Source: Malacoraja senta (lineage: Eukaryota). From it: a stretch of DNA of 20,000 bases. The DNA is taken from the NCBI GenBank assembly GCA_038087875.1, contig JAXLNO010000708.1, forward strand, positions 55,702 through 75,701, read 5' to 3'. The translations under genes and the position numbers were made by a program. Shown here in pieces: positions 10,944 through 20,000 of this stretch. Each line of letters opens with the position of its first letter. Position 1 is the first letter of the stretch. Below the pieces are notes generated by a model. That model searched no databases and was not told the origin of the DNA. It saw only the letters and a program-made list of their open reading frames with translations.

Positions 10944-11280
10944 TAATGTTCCAGAGTACAAGCACTACAGGCGAGATAGAGGTTGGGGTAATAGAGGAAA
11001 GAGAGGTGTTTTATTGGTTAAGGATAACATCACGGCAGTCAGGCTAAAGAGGTTCAGCTACAAATAAAAAGGGGATGATCACCTTGCTGGGACTGTACTG
11101 TAGGCAAACAAATAGTCAAAGGAAATTAGAGAAACAAATATGCCGAGAGATTACAGACACTACAAAACTAATAGGGTTGTCATAGTAAGAGATTTTAGCC
11201 ACCCTAATTTAGACAAGGACTGCCATAGTGTCACGGCCTTAAATGGGGTGCAATTTGTCAGGTATGTTCAGGAAAGCACT
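10944..11280 (+). mobile_element. Degenerate CR1 endonuclease-domain fragment
   Basis: NVPEYKHYRRDR...RVVIVRDFSHPNLD...NGVQFVRYVQES parallels GDFNFP...DGLEFVKCVQD at the window start. Confidence 0.65.
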
Positions 11281-11392
11281 CGCAAGTACTCACACTGTCC
11301 TTTTAAAATTAGTACCACATTAACTGAAATCCACTCAACTGAAATAACACTGTTTGAATTTGGAAATGATTTGAGTTACTAAAACTTCTTAC

Positions 11393-11554
11393 CAACAGAA
11401 CGATAAAGAAGAGAACGAAGAAGTTCAATTTCGGTCTCAAGTTCAGCAAGGCGATAGTGCACTGTCTGGTTATGCAACACAGGTTGGTCAAAAATTTTAC
11501 GTTGTCGTGTATATTCAATTGTTTCCTGTACGATGTTCTGCATTGGAGCCAAAG
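11393..11554 (-). CDS. Acyl-CoA dehydrogenase internal exon (162 nt)
   Basis: ttttttcag acceptor, GTAAGA donor; (T)LAPMQNIVQETIEYTRQRKIFDQPVLHNQTVHYRLAELETEIELLRSLLYRSV with the ACAD Y...R..F motif. Confidence 0.95.
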
Positions 11555-11699
11555 CTGAAAAAATTATTTTAAATGTATGCAGCCAGGTAACTACATGCCG
11601 CGAAGTCTTCAATCAATGGGAGAGAAGTTAATGGAAAAGATGTTGAGAATTATTCTACAGCAAAATTCTGGTGGAAGAACCTAAACATGGAAAGGCAAG

Positions 11700-12000
11700 G
11701 AACAGATCAGCATGCCTTTGTCTGGAGAGATACTGTCTGAATTCTCTGAATGGATGAACGAACATCATGATCTGTAGTAGTACAGTTGATAAAATCATGG
11801 TAGTACAGTTGATAAAATCTACTATGGCCAGTATGGACTGACATGGTCCCATTTGGATGGCTGATCCAAAAGGTAAGAGCACTAAATTGGGTCAGAAATT
11901 GGCTTGGTAATGGGGCAGAGGGTGATAGATATGGGTCACTTTTTTGAATCACAGCCTGAGACCAATGATGTCCCGCAGGATTCAGTGCTGAGACCATTGC
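11700..12000 (+). mobile_element. Highly degenerate CR1 reverse transcriptase fragment
   Basis: cagcatgcctttgt (QH.F) and gatgtcccgcaggattcagtgctgagaccattg (.VPQ.SVL.PL). Contains a 20-bp duplication at 11777-11796 and 11800-11819. Confidence 0.6.
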
Positions 12001-12242
12001 CTCTAAGATCTTACTTTTTGCTTAACCTTGACTTCTGATCTAATAGTGATGACTGAACCCTCAATGGATACTCTTATTTCATGCACTACTTCTCTCATTC
12101 ATTTTCATCCCACCCAAACAAGGATAGAGCTCCTCATTTTCCACTCCACCAACCTCAACATTCTATATAGTATCAATAAATCTCTAAAATGCCACTAATC
12201 ACATCTGCCTCAACCACCAACCCGAGTAGCACGATCCAGGCA

Positions 12243-12396
12243 CTCACCTTTCTCTCTGTAAAATAAACCTGCCCCACACATCTCCTTTAAACTTTGCCCC
12301 CATCACCTTACAGCTATGCCCTCTAGTCTTTGATTTTTCCATCCTGGGAAAAAGATTCAGACTGTCTACTCTATCTATGCCTCTCATAATGTTATA
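12243..12396 (-). mobile_element. CR1 ORF2 C-terminal fragment
   Basis: IMRGIDRVDSLNLFPRMEKSKTRGH matches MMRGIDRVDVDTLFPLRAGKIQTRGH at about 2105-2185. Confidence 0.8.
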
Positions 12397-12957
12397 TGCA
12401 GTTGAACACCGATTTTCCAGCAACTGATGATCCACCCACCCCTATAATCTTGACAAAATTATGAGAGCTCTGTTGAAATTCCCTGAGTGGCCGAAGATGG
12501 CATTGTGAGTGACGAGCGGTCTTGTCAGTCATGTCCCTCCATTATGAAAGAACCAACTATGCTCTCAATCTTCTCTCCTAACTGTTTCGCAAAGACAATA
12601 CTGTAAACCCTTGTTTTAACGACCTCCTTATAACAGATGTTGGATATAGCGGACGGATGTTCTGACACATCACCGGCCTGCACCGTATCCCCGCCTGTTT
12701 AGACCCCCGAATCCGACCACAGTCCCGCCTCACAAGGAGCACCAGTGAGCCCTTCATCAACCACCGAAAGGACAAAAAGTACTGGAGTAATTCAGTATAG
12801 GATCTCTGGAGAACATGGCTAGGTGACATCGAGGAAGGGCTGCGGGGTGGGGAGGAGGGGTCGCGGGTTAGGAGGAGGCCACGGGGGGAGGAAGGGGCAC
12901 AGTCATCATTCTGGTAAACCTGCTCTCCAAAGTCTCCACATCCTGTAATGGGACGAT

Positions 12958-13045
12958 TAGAACTGCACACAATACCCTAAATGTGGCCTAACCAAAGTCC
13001 TATAAGTTGCATGATGACTTCCTGACTCTCATATTCATAGCTCCA
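12958..13045 (-). mobile_element. CR1 ORF2 fragment
   Basis: Minus strand resembles EY.S.EVIMQL..LVRPHL.YCVQF, with a frameshift. Confidence 0.55.
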
Positions 13046-13089
13046 ATCTTTGAACGCAAGATAACCATATGCCGGATTAAACGCCATCT

Positions 13090-13330
13090 GCCATTTCCCC
13101 ACCTTTCTCCCCTGCGAACACAGGAGATGCAGCATCTGATCTTTGACCTTACACCTTCCCACCCTCCAGGGACCCAAACAGTTTTTCCAGATGAAGAAAA
13201 TTCACTTGCACGTCTACCAAGATTCTACAGGAATATAACAGTATTTATTGCTCACTTTGAGGTCTTTACATCCAAGAAACCATGCACAGTCTGGGGACCA
13301 CTTTGCTGAACACCTTCCTTTGGTCAGTAA
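13090..13330 (+). mobile_element. Penelope-like retroelement, degenerate GIY-YIG endonuclease region
   Basis: With frameshifts reads QGPKQFFQM...FTCTS...GLYIQETMHSLG/DHFAEHL, resembling the PLE pattern YIGET.R.L..RF.EH. A possible upstream piece (NKDR.PL...FH.T.L) lies near 12117-12165. Confidence 0.6.
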
Positions 13331-13552
13331 AAGTAGTCCATAAAACCTCTGCACTACATGCCTTAGATAATTCGTAAGATTTGAGTTAGCACTTGCTAAT
13401 AATTATCAGGTCACCAGTTCTAGCTTGTAACCTAATTAACAGTGCATTTTCCACTGGTAGTAAGCTTGTTTTCAAAAGACAAACTAGATTTTAAAAGGAA
13501 AACATTCCATAAAATTGCCCAATCAATAAATACCACACATTTGTGCACTACG

Positions 13553-13735
13553 TGCTGGTGTAACTCAGCAGGTCAGGCAGCATCTCTGGAGGGCATTGAA
13601 ATATTGCCAGTCTGAAGAAGAGTCAAACCTGAAATATAGCCTATGGATGTTCTCCAGAGATGTTGCCTGCTCCGCTGAGTTACTCCAGCAATGTGTATGG
13701 GGTTTTTTAAACCAACATCTGCAGTTCCCTGTGTA
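13553..13735 (+). mobile_element. Penelope-like inverted (pseudo-)LTR with degenerate hammerhead ribozyme core
   Basis: Inverted arms of about 39 bp at 13553-13591 and 13652-13690 enclose CTGAAGA (13612-13618)...GAAA (13631-13634). Confidence 0.6.
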
Positions 13736-14202
13736 CAGGCAGTTACAGTTTGATGATCATGTGTTTGTCAGTAAAACACCTTCTGTCTATATGGGAAAGC
13801 CTTCTGATGTTCCAAAATTGTGATCTTTATCAAATTACACAATTCAACCTGTGTAACAATAAATGTTTAAAGCAACCTGAAAAATAATAAATAATTTCTC
13901 TTTTCCTCTGAAGAATCGTTTGAGGATAATATTTCCTGTCATTGCTGTTGAATTTCCGATTAACTAAATGCAATTTTTTCCGATTGGTAAATGCATCCCC
14001 TTTTATGTTCAGAATTATACATGGAATGTTTCACATTACCTTAACTGCAGCATTACCTTTTAATTTGCTATGGTTGTTCTTTCCTTGGTTTGAAAGACAT
14101 TTCAAGAAGTTATAACTCAAGATCCCAACCTTTGTTCCCCACCTTCCATTTACGTCCCACTAAAGCCATCTAATCTGCAGTTGTACAGCAAAAACGTCTT
14201 AC

Positions 14203-14376
14203 TTCCTGCAACTCCCCACATTCGTTCTTCTTGGAATTGCAACATCTGGTAGGTGAAGCCCATTCCTTCATCTCCAATGAGATATTTTGTTGGAACCCTG
14301 ACGTCTTCAAAAAACACCTCTGCTGTATCAGATGATCTCATGCCCAACTTATCGATCTTCCTAGTTACATTAATTC
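14203..14376 (-). CDS. Acyl-CoA dehydrogenase internal exon (174 nt)
   Basis: ttttccag acceptor, GTAAGA donor; (G)INVTRKIDKLGMRSSDTAEVFFEDVRVPTKYLIGDEGMGFTYQMLQFQEERMWGVAG with the KLG.R.SDT...F.DVRVP signature. Confidence 0.96.
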
Positions 14377-15733
14377 CTGGAAAATATTATGTATATTAGC
14401 TAATTTAGTCACAAAGCATTTTGAATTTCATTTCCTGTAATGAAGAAATATATTTTTTATTAAGAACAATTTGTGGTATTTAGTCAACCAATCAATCAAT
14501 TACATATTACAAGTTGCAGACCTCTCTGCAAATGTAAGCTCATAACCTTCGCTAACACCTCCATGCAATACCGATATCAGTCTTCAAATTCTTGTTCAGT
14601 GGACATAAAATGTTCAATGCTACTATCAGATCATTATGAAGTTCCAAGGCAATTAATGCAAATGCACAGTGGGAGCAAGAAAGCCACCAGCAACTTTACA
14701 CCACATGTCGGTGAAGCTATGGAAAAAAGTAGCTCTCAACATAGTGTTTCTTTTGTATTGTATTGTAATTAATTTATTAGCCAAGTATGTAAAAACTTGC
14801 TCCCCCATTGCTCAAAACACCACTCAGCTTTAATCCCATTTGCATTACCCTTTCTTTACCTTTCATCAATCTCCTGCCTTTCCTATCTTGTTATCTCTCT
14901 CTACATGTACTCCATAGAATTTATTAAGCTTCGTGTTTTCTTATTTCAACATCTTAATCTCCCCAGGGGGAGGAAGCAAGTGGCCATAATTTCTCCCTCA
15001 TTTATTTTGATCTGTATTTCCAACACAGCAGTTTGTTAGCTCAATTCACTTCAGTTTAATTAATCAAGTTGAAAAATGAAACAAGAAATGAAACAAGGTC
15101 TTTCCAATTAAATTTCCTTATCATCAACAGAGGCATATATACAATAGTGTCAAAGTACAACTCTTTATATGCTTTCCTTTTCCATTTCCAACTTGTTTTT
15201 AAAGTCGCTCTGGTCCCATTCACTCTTTTACTCACTTTTATGTTTTCTATAAATCACAAAATACCTAAGTAATGCAAGCTGAAATTTAGGAAACCAGAAA
15301 GAATAATTCATAACTAAAGCTGCGTGAGTAATAGTGTTGAATTCAGGGATATATTAACTATAATTTGGATGCTGAGGCTGAAATTCAAATTCAAGTTAGA
15401 AGATTTTAATTTTAGGCAAAATTATTGTTTTACTCGTTTTGTAAGCAGAAGCCTCAATGAAGACATTAAATTCCAATCCAGTGGAGAGATTTATTGCATC
15501 AGTATACACACACTGCACCATTTAGAACTAATTTTGAATATATTAAACAACTAATAAGAAATAGTATGCACTAAATATTTCTCAAAGCAGTTTGATGGCC
15601 AATGACCATTCTGAGTTTTCTCAAAATAATCTTTTACTAAAATAGCAACTGTATAAACCACATATATTACATCTGAAAATGAATTATAGTACTTCCTAAT
15701 GGACCAACAGTTATTTCAAGTATTTATAAAGAA

Positions 15734-15828
15734 TACAGTAAACCCTTGTCATAACTGACCATGGGGGGGGGGGAGAAGGCGTCCATTATTGCCGATTGTT
15801 CACTATGATCGAGCAAGGGATTACTAAT
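15734..15828. mobile_element. Short pogo/Tigger-like MITE
   Basis: TA-CAGTAAACCCTTG ... CAAGGGATTACTA imperfect TIRs. Related ends at about 12599-12635 and 16535-16573. Confidence 0.55.
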
Positions 15829-15859
15829 AGAGTATTATTGTATGTAGTAGAAACCAAGA

Positions 15860-16140
15860 GCTCCAGGTGTTGGTTAATACACAAAAGGACACAAAGTGCT
15901 GGAGTTCGTTCGCTCGTGTGTCAGACGATGTAGCTCGCTGTTGGCTTCGGTTGTCGTCCAACATGTTGACAGAATTGTCGCCCGACGCGTCACAGAGTGC
16001 ATCGTGTCGTCGCTTCCAGGGATCGCCACGAGGAGGCTTCTGTCATGATCCCCAGCGCTGGAATAACTCAGCAGGTCAGGCAGCATCTCTGGAAAACATG
16101 GAAAGGTGACGTTTCAGGTCGAGACCCTTCTTCAAACTCT
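15860..16140 (-). mobile_element. Penelope-like LTR with near-consensus hammerhead core, interrupted by a 150-bp insert
   Basis: 16057-16092 nearly matches 13554-13590. Minus strand 16135-16108 reads TTGAAGA-A-GGGT-ctcg-ACCT-GAAA-CG-TC. Confidence 0.6.
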
Positions 16141-16573
16141 AGGTCTGGCAATGGGCCTGGAATCCAGGTGAGTTGACGGCCCAGCCCAGCTGGTGGCCGG
16201 GGGAGAGGCCAGGAACTGTAGAGTCATTGATCGAGGCCCACGGGCGGCCGTACTGCAGGTAAAGGTCCGTGATGGTGGCAGCAGGTGCGGCCTGGAAGCG
16301 GCCATGGAAGGTGTGTGGGCTGGCAGTGGTGGCAGCAGATCCAGCCTGGAAGTATCCGGGGAAGCAGTACAAGATGGCACAGCCTGGCAGTGAAGGTCGG
16401 TAGGTGCAGCCTGGTTGTGGCTGGGAAGGGGTGCCGTTGACAAACCCACCTGGATACGGCCAGGGAGGCGGTGCGGGCCAGGGCTGACGTTGGCAGCCCG
16501 GCCTGGCGATGAAGGTCGGTAGGTATAAACAAAAAACGTTATAAAGAGGTCCATAATTATGAGGGTTTCACTA
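16141..16573. mobile_element. GC-rich fragment ending in a Tigger-like terminus
   Basis: Right end cgttataaagaggtccataattatgagggtttcacta is roughly the reverse complement of the end at 12599 (tactgtaaacccttgttttaacgacctccttataac). Confidence 0.4.
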
Positions 16574-16689
16574 AAATGCAGGACCTGGTGTGTGAACAGG
16601 AAGAACAGGTGGGGTAAGGTAACAACATTAAGGTGGTCATTTTCACACTTAAAAAGTGTGAGTCAAATGGTTCACATAATTTTATTTCA

Positions 16690-16855
16690 ATCACATGTTT
16701 AAAATGTAATGTTTTATTATTAATGTTTAATGTTGTGTGTGTCATTCTTAATTGTTATTGTATGCCGTGTTGCTACTTGCGAGCGGACCACCAAGGCAAA
16801 TTCCTTGTATGTGTACATACTTGGCCAATAAACGTACTCATTATTCATTCATTCT
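16690..16855 (+). mobile_element. Probable LINE (L2/Rex-Babar group) 3' UTR remnant
   Basis: T-rich stretch, then aattccttgtatgtgtacatacttggccaataaa and a (cattc/attc)n tail. Confidence 0.45.
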
Positions 16856-17010
16856 CTGATGTCCATCTATTTGTTAGCAGCGTACAGGACAGAGGAAACT
16901 TTGATAAACCTTTCTTACAAATCTTACTTGTATTTGATATTCTGCAATTTCATTGCCCCATTTTGGGACATATGACAACAAAACACTCTTGACTTTACTC
17001 CAATTCTCAC

Positions 17011-17178
17011 CTGGTAATTTCATGGGCAGACATATGAGAGATTTGCTTTTGTGAAGAGGCCCATTACTGGTGTTTGCTAGAAGACACATCCAGTCAGCTT
17101 GACAACCATTAGTTATCCACATTTTTCCTCCATTTATTATATAGTCATCCCCATCCTTGACAGCTTTTGTCTTGATAT
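17011..17178 (-). CDS. Acyl-CoA dehydrogenase internal exon (168 nt), the most 5' exon in the window
   Basis: tcatccttgcag acceptor, GTGAG donor; [55 protein letters not shown](G) with the NG.K.WITNG signature. Confidence 0.96.
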
Positions 17179-17369
17179 CTGCAAGGATGAATAAACATTT
17201 AAGATTTGAAATGCAATTGAATAAGATTTACAAAATATGTTGATCCAAAACTTGGTATAAATTGAAAATGTTCCTTGAAACAAAAATATCAGCTGGATTT
17301 CAATGGACGAGGAATTTACATTTTAGGAAATAAACTCAAGTATGCCTTTTGCTCCATCCCTCTCCCTCC

Positions 17370-17696
17370 CTTCAGCCAGTCCGATCATCTGTCGGTGCTT
17401 CTCCTGCTGGCTTGCAGGGACTGAAGAGGAGGCACCATAGAAAAGAGGAGTGCAACAGTGGTCTGAGAACACCAAGGCTCTACTTCAGAACGGTCTGAGT
17501 TGGTGGACTGGAACATATTAAAGACCTTTACATCCATCCCGAATGAGTATATCTCAGTTGTCACCAGTTTTATCAAGAAATCCGTTGACAACCGTGTTCC
17601 AACAAAGACAACCGCGGTCTATCCTAACCAGAAACCTTGGGTGAACAGAGAGATTAATTCTCTACTAAAGTCCTTATCCGAGACTTTTAAGGAGGA
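17370..17696 (+). mobile_element. Rex1/Babar LINE ORF fragment (endonuclease-RT linker), truncated by the next element
   Basis: SDHLSVLLL near 17380 and EYISVVTSFIKKSVDNRVPTKTTAVYPNQKPWVN with the NQKPW motif. Confidence 0.7.
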
Positions 17697-18330
17697 CTAG
17701 ACCAAGTGCAGACCCGTTGGGTCTGTTCCCGCAATGCGCGGTTGCAAAGTGGGGCTGCCTGACGTCATCGCGCAACGCCACGCGCTAGGCGTATGCCGGC
17801 AAGATGCTGCGTATGACGTCAATACGCTGCGTACGACGTCAAGACGCTGCGTACGACGTCAAGACGCTGCGTACGCCCGTGGAGATGGTGCGTACGCCCT
17901 CAATGCGCCTGCGGGCGGACAGGCCGTTGACGCGCGGGATTTTCGGACAGTGCAAGCGTGCGGGCCGGCAGCGAGGACTGCGAAAATCAGCGGGGGACCA
18001 GCCGATCTGTGCCTTCCGCCAGCGTAACAGAGCCGCGCCGGGGGGGGGGAGTGGAGGAGAGCCGGGCGGCAGCAACCGTTATGGTCGCGCGGCACGCGAT
18101 GAGAAGGTGGCCAGCTGGAGGCGACAAAATGAGCGAGTGTGGGGGAAGGATTTTATTAAAAATGTGTACAGAAAAATGAAGAAATTTAATGAGGAGTGGA
18201 TATGCGAATGTAAAAGTAAAATCATTAGCAAAATGGTAAAAATCTCAGAGTTTTTGCGTGTGGTTTTGGCGAACCAACGAATCAAAGGCAAAATCAAAAT
18301 GACATACACCTGACACACCCACACACACAC
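17697..18330 (-). mobile_element. CpG-rich non-autonomous element with Helitron-like 3' terminus (may extend through the purine tract to the window end)
   Basis: Minus strand: hairpin CAGACCC-aac-GGGTCTG (17709-17725), 8 nt, CTAG (17697-17700), then T. Confidence 0.5.
17801..17875. repeat. 20-bp minisatellite, about 3.75 copies
   Basis: Unit aagacgctgcgtacgacgtc at 17801, 17821, 17841 and partial at 17861. Confidence 0.9.
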
Positions 18331-19985
18331 AGGAGAGAGGGGTGAGGAGAGAGGGGTGAGGAGAGATGGGTGAGGAGGGAAGAGAGAGGAGGGAGGAGAC
18401 GGGTGAGGAGGGGGGAGAGGGAGGGGAGAGGGGAGGAGGGGGGAGCGGAGGGGAAGAGAGCGGGGAGGGTAAAGGGGAGACAGGGGTAGGGGGAAGGGGT
18501 GTGGTAGAGGGGGGATGGGGGAGAGAGGGTGGGTGAGGGGGGGAGAGAGGGGTGGGTGAGGGGGGTAGAGAAGCGTGGGGGAGGGGAAGGGGAGAGGGGA
18601 AGAGAGGAGAGGGGAAGAGGGGGAGGGGAGAGGAGAAGGAGATTAGAGGGGAGAGAGAGAGTAGAGGGGAGAGAGAGTAGAGGGGGGGGAGGGGGAGAGA
18701 GAGGAGGGGTGAGTGAGGGGAGGGAGGAGAGGGGAGGGAGGAGAGGGGAGGGGGAGAGTTGGAGGGGAGAGAAGAGGAGGGGGGGTGTTGGAGGGGGGAG
18801 AGAAAAGGAGTGGGAGGTGGAGGGGGGAGAGGTGGCGGGGGGAGATAAGAGGAGGGGGGGAGGTGGAGAGGGGAGGGTGGAGAGGGGGAGGAGAATAAGA
18901 GGTGGAGGGGGAGTGGAGGAGGGTAGAAGGGAGGGGGGTCAGAGTGGGGGAGGGGAGGCAGAGAGGAGGGAGGGTGGTAGGGGTGGGGGGGAGAGGTGGA
19001 GAGAGATTGGAGGGGGAGAGAGGGGAAGGAGGGAGTGGAGGGGGAGAGAGAAGAGGGGGAGAGAGAAGGGGGAGAGAGAGGAGGGAGAGAGGATTGGGAG
19101 ATAGAGGAGGGGTGAGAGAGGAGGGGTGAGAGAGAAGGGGGGAGAGAGAAGGGGGAGAGAGAGAAGGGGGAGTGGGAGAGAGAAGGGGGAGTGGGAGGGA
19201 GAAGGGGGAGTGGGAGGGAGAAGGGGGAGTGGGAGAAAGGCATGGGGTGGAGGGGAGGGACGGATGGGGAGAAAGAGATTAGAGGGGAGACAGAGAGATT
19301 AGAGGGGAGAGAGCGAGTAGATGGGAGAGGGGAGGTAGGGGGGAGAGAGAGGAGGGGGTGAGAGGAGAGGTGAGGGGGAGACTTGGAGGGGGGAGAAGCG
19401 GAGAGGGAGAGTTGGAGGGTAGAGAGAAGAGGAGAGGGAGAGGTGGAGGGGGAGAGGTGGAAGGGGAGGTGGGGGAGAGAAGAGGAATGGGAGATGTAAT
19501 GGGGAGGGTGGAGAGGGGGGGAGGGGAGGGTGGGGAGTGGGGGTGGAGAGGAGGGGTGGAGAGAGGGAGGAGAATACGATGTGGAGGGTGGTAGAGGGGA
19601 GGGGGGTAAAAGGGAGGGGGGAGACGGAGGGAGAAAGGAGGGAGGAGAGAGGGTGGTAGAGGTGGGGGGAGAGAGGGGGGAGAGGGGAGGTGGAGAGGGG
19701 GGTGGAGAGAGATTGGATGGGGAGAGGAGGGAGAGAGAAGAGGGGGAGAGGGAGAGAGAGGAGGGGGGAGCGAGAAGGGGGAGAGGGGGGAAAGGCACAG
19801 GAGGGAGGGGAAGAGAGAGAATAGAGGGAAGAGAGAGAGTACACGGGAGAGAGGGGAGGAGAGAGGAGGGGGTGAATGAGGGGTTGGAGGAGATGGGAGG
19901 GGAGAGAAGAGGGGGGTGGAGGGGGGAGGGAGAGGAGGGAGGGGGGGGGGAGGGGGAGAGGTGGAGGGGGGAGGGGAGTGGGGCG
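18330..19985. repeat. Polypurine (G/A) low-complexity tract, about 1.65 kb
   Basis: Almost only G and A on the plus strand, many G4-G9 runs, local repeats such as gagaagggggagtgggag near 19130-19235. Confidence 0.95.
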
Positions 19986-20000
19986 GTACCCTACGCGGTC

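Noticed and set aside
8973..17178. Bacterial contamination or recent horizontal transfer of atuD
   Set aside because: The gene has spliceosomal introns of about 1-3 kb filled with vertebrate-type repeats.
17801..17875. Possible CRISPR-like array
   Set aside because: Head-to-tail 20-bp units with no unique spacers, no cas genes and a eukaryotic context; it is a minisatellite.
18245..19844. Long Pro/Ser/Leu-rich and Gly/Arg/Glu-rich ORFs (up to 517 aa)
   Set aside because: Artefacts of the G/A tract, which lacks stop codons in most frames.
17179..20000. Further upstream ACAD exon or promoter CpG island
   Set aside because: No ACAD N-terminal motif (such as EPGAGSD) was seen. The CpG-rich DNA belongs to an inserted repeat and the gene's 5' part is outside the window.

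Overview
Repeat-rich eukaryotic genomic DNA, most likely vertebrate; the repeat mix suggests a cartilaginous fish, which is my inference and unverified. The main host gene is a spliced minus-strand acyl-CoA dehydrogenase. Its last five coding exons (17011-17178, 14203-14376, 11393-11554, 10055-10205, 8973-9066) have canonical GT-AG junctions and join in frame into about 249 aa ending ...IGGGADEVMLSIICKYMGTLPEKK*. The 5' exons lie beyond the window's right end. The enzyme has an LCAD/IVD-type active-site arrangement and resembles the AtuD/'probable acyl-CoA dehydrogenase 6' subgroup. The rest is transposon-derived: a decayed 2.46 kb CR1 LINE, many CR1 and Rex1/Babar fragments, Penelope-like remnants with degenerate hammerhead-ribozyme cores, a Harbinger-like MITE, Tigger-like MITE ends, a Tc1 transposase stub, two hAT-like termini, a Helitron-like end and two long purine/pyrimidine tracts. 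Also noted: an orphan 63-nt exon-like cassette next to a hAT-like end and a CpG-rich 150-bp insert of unknown origin. All calls were made by eye; no database searches were run.
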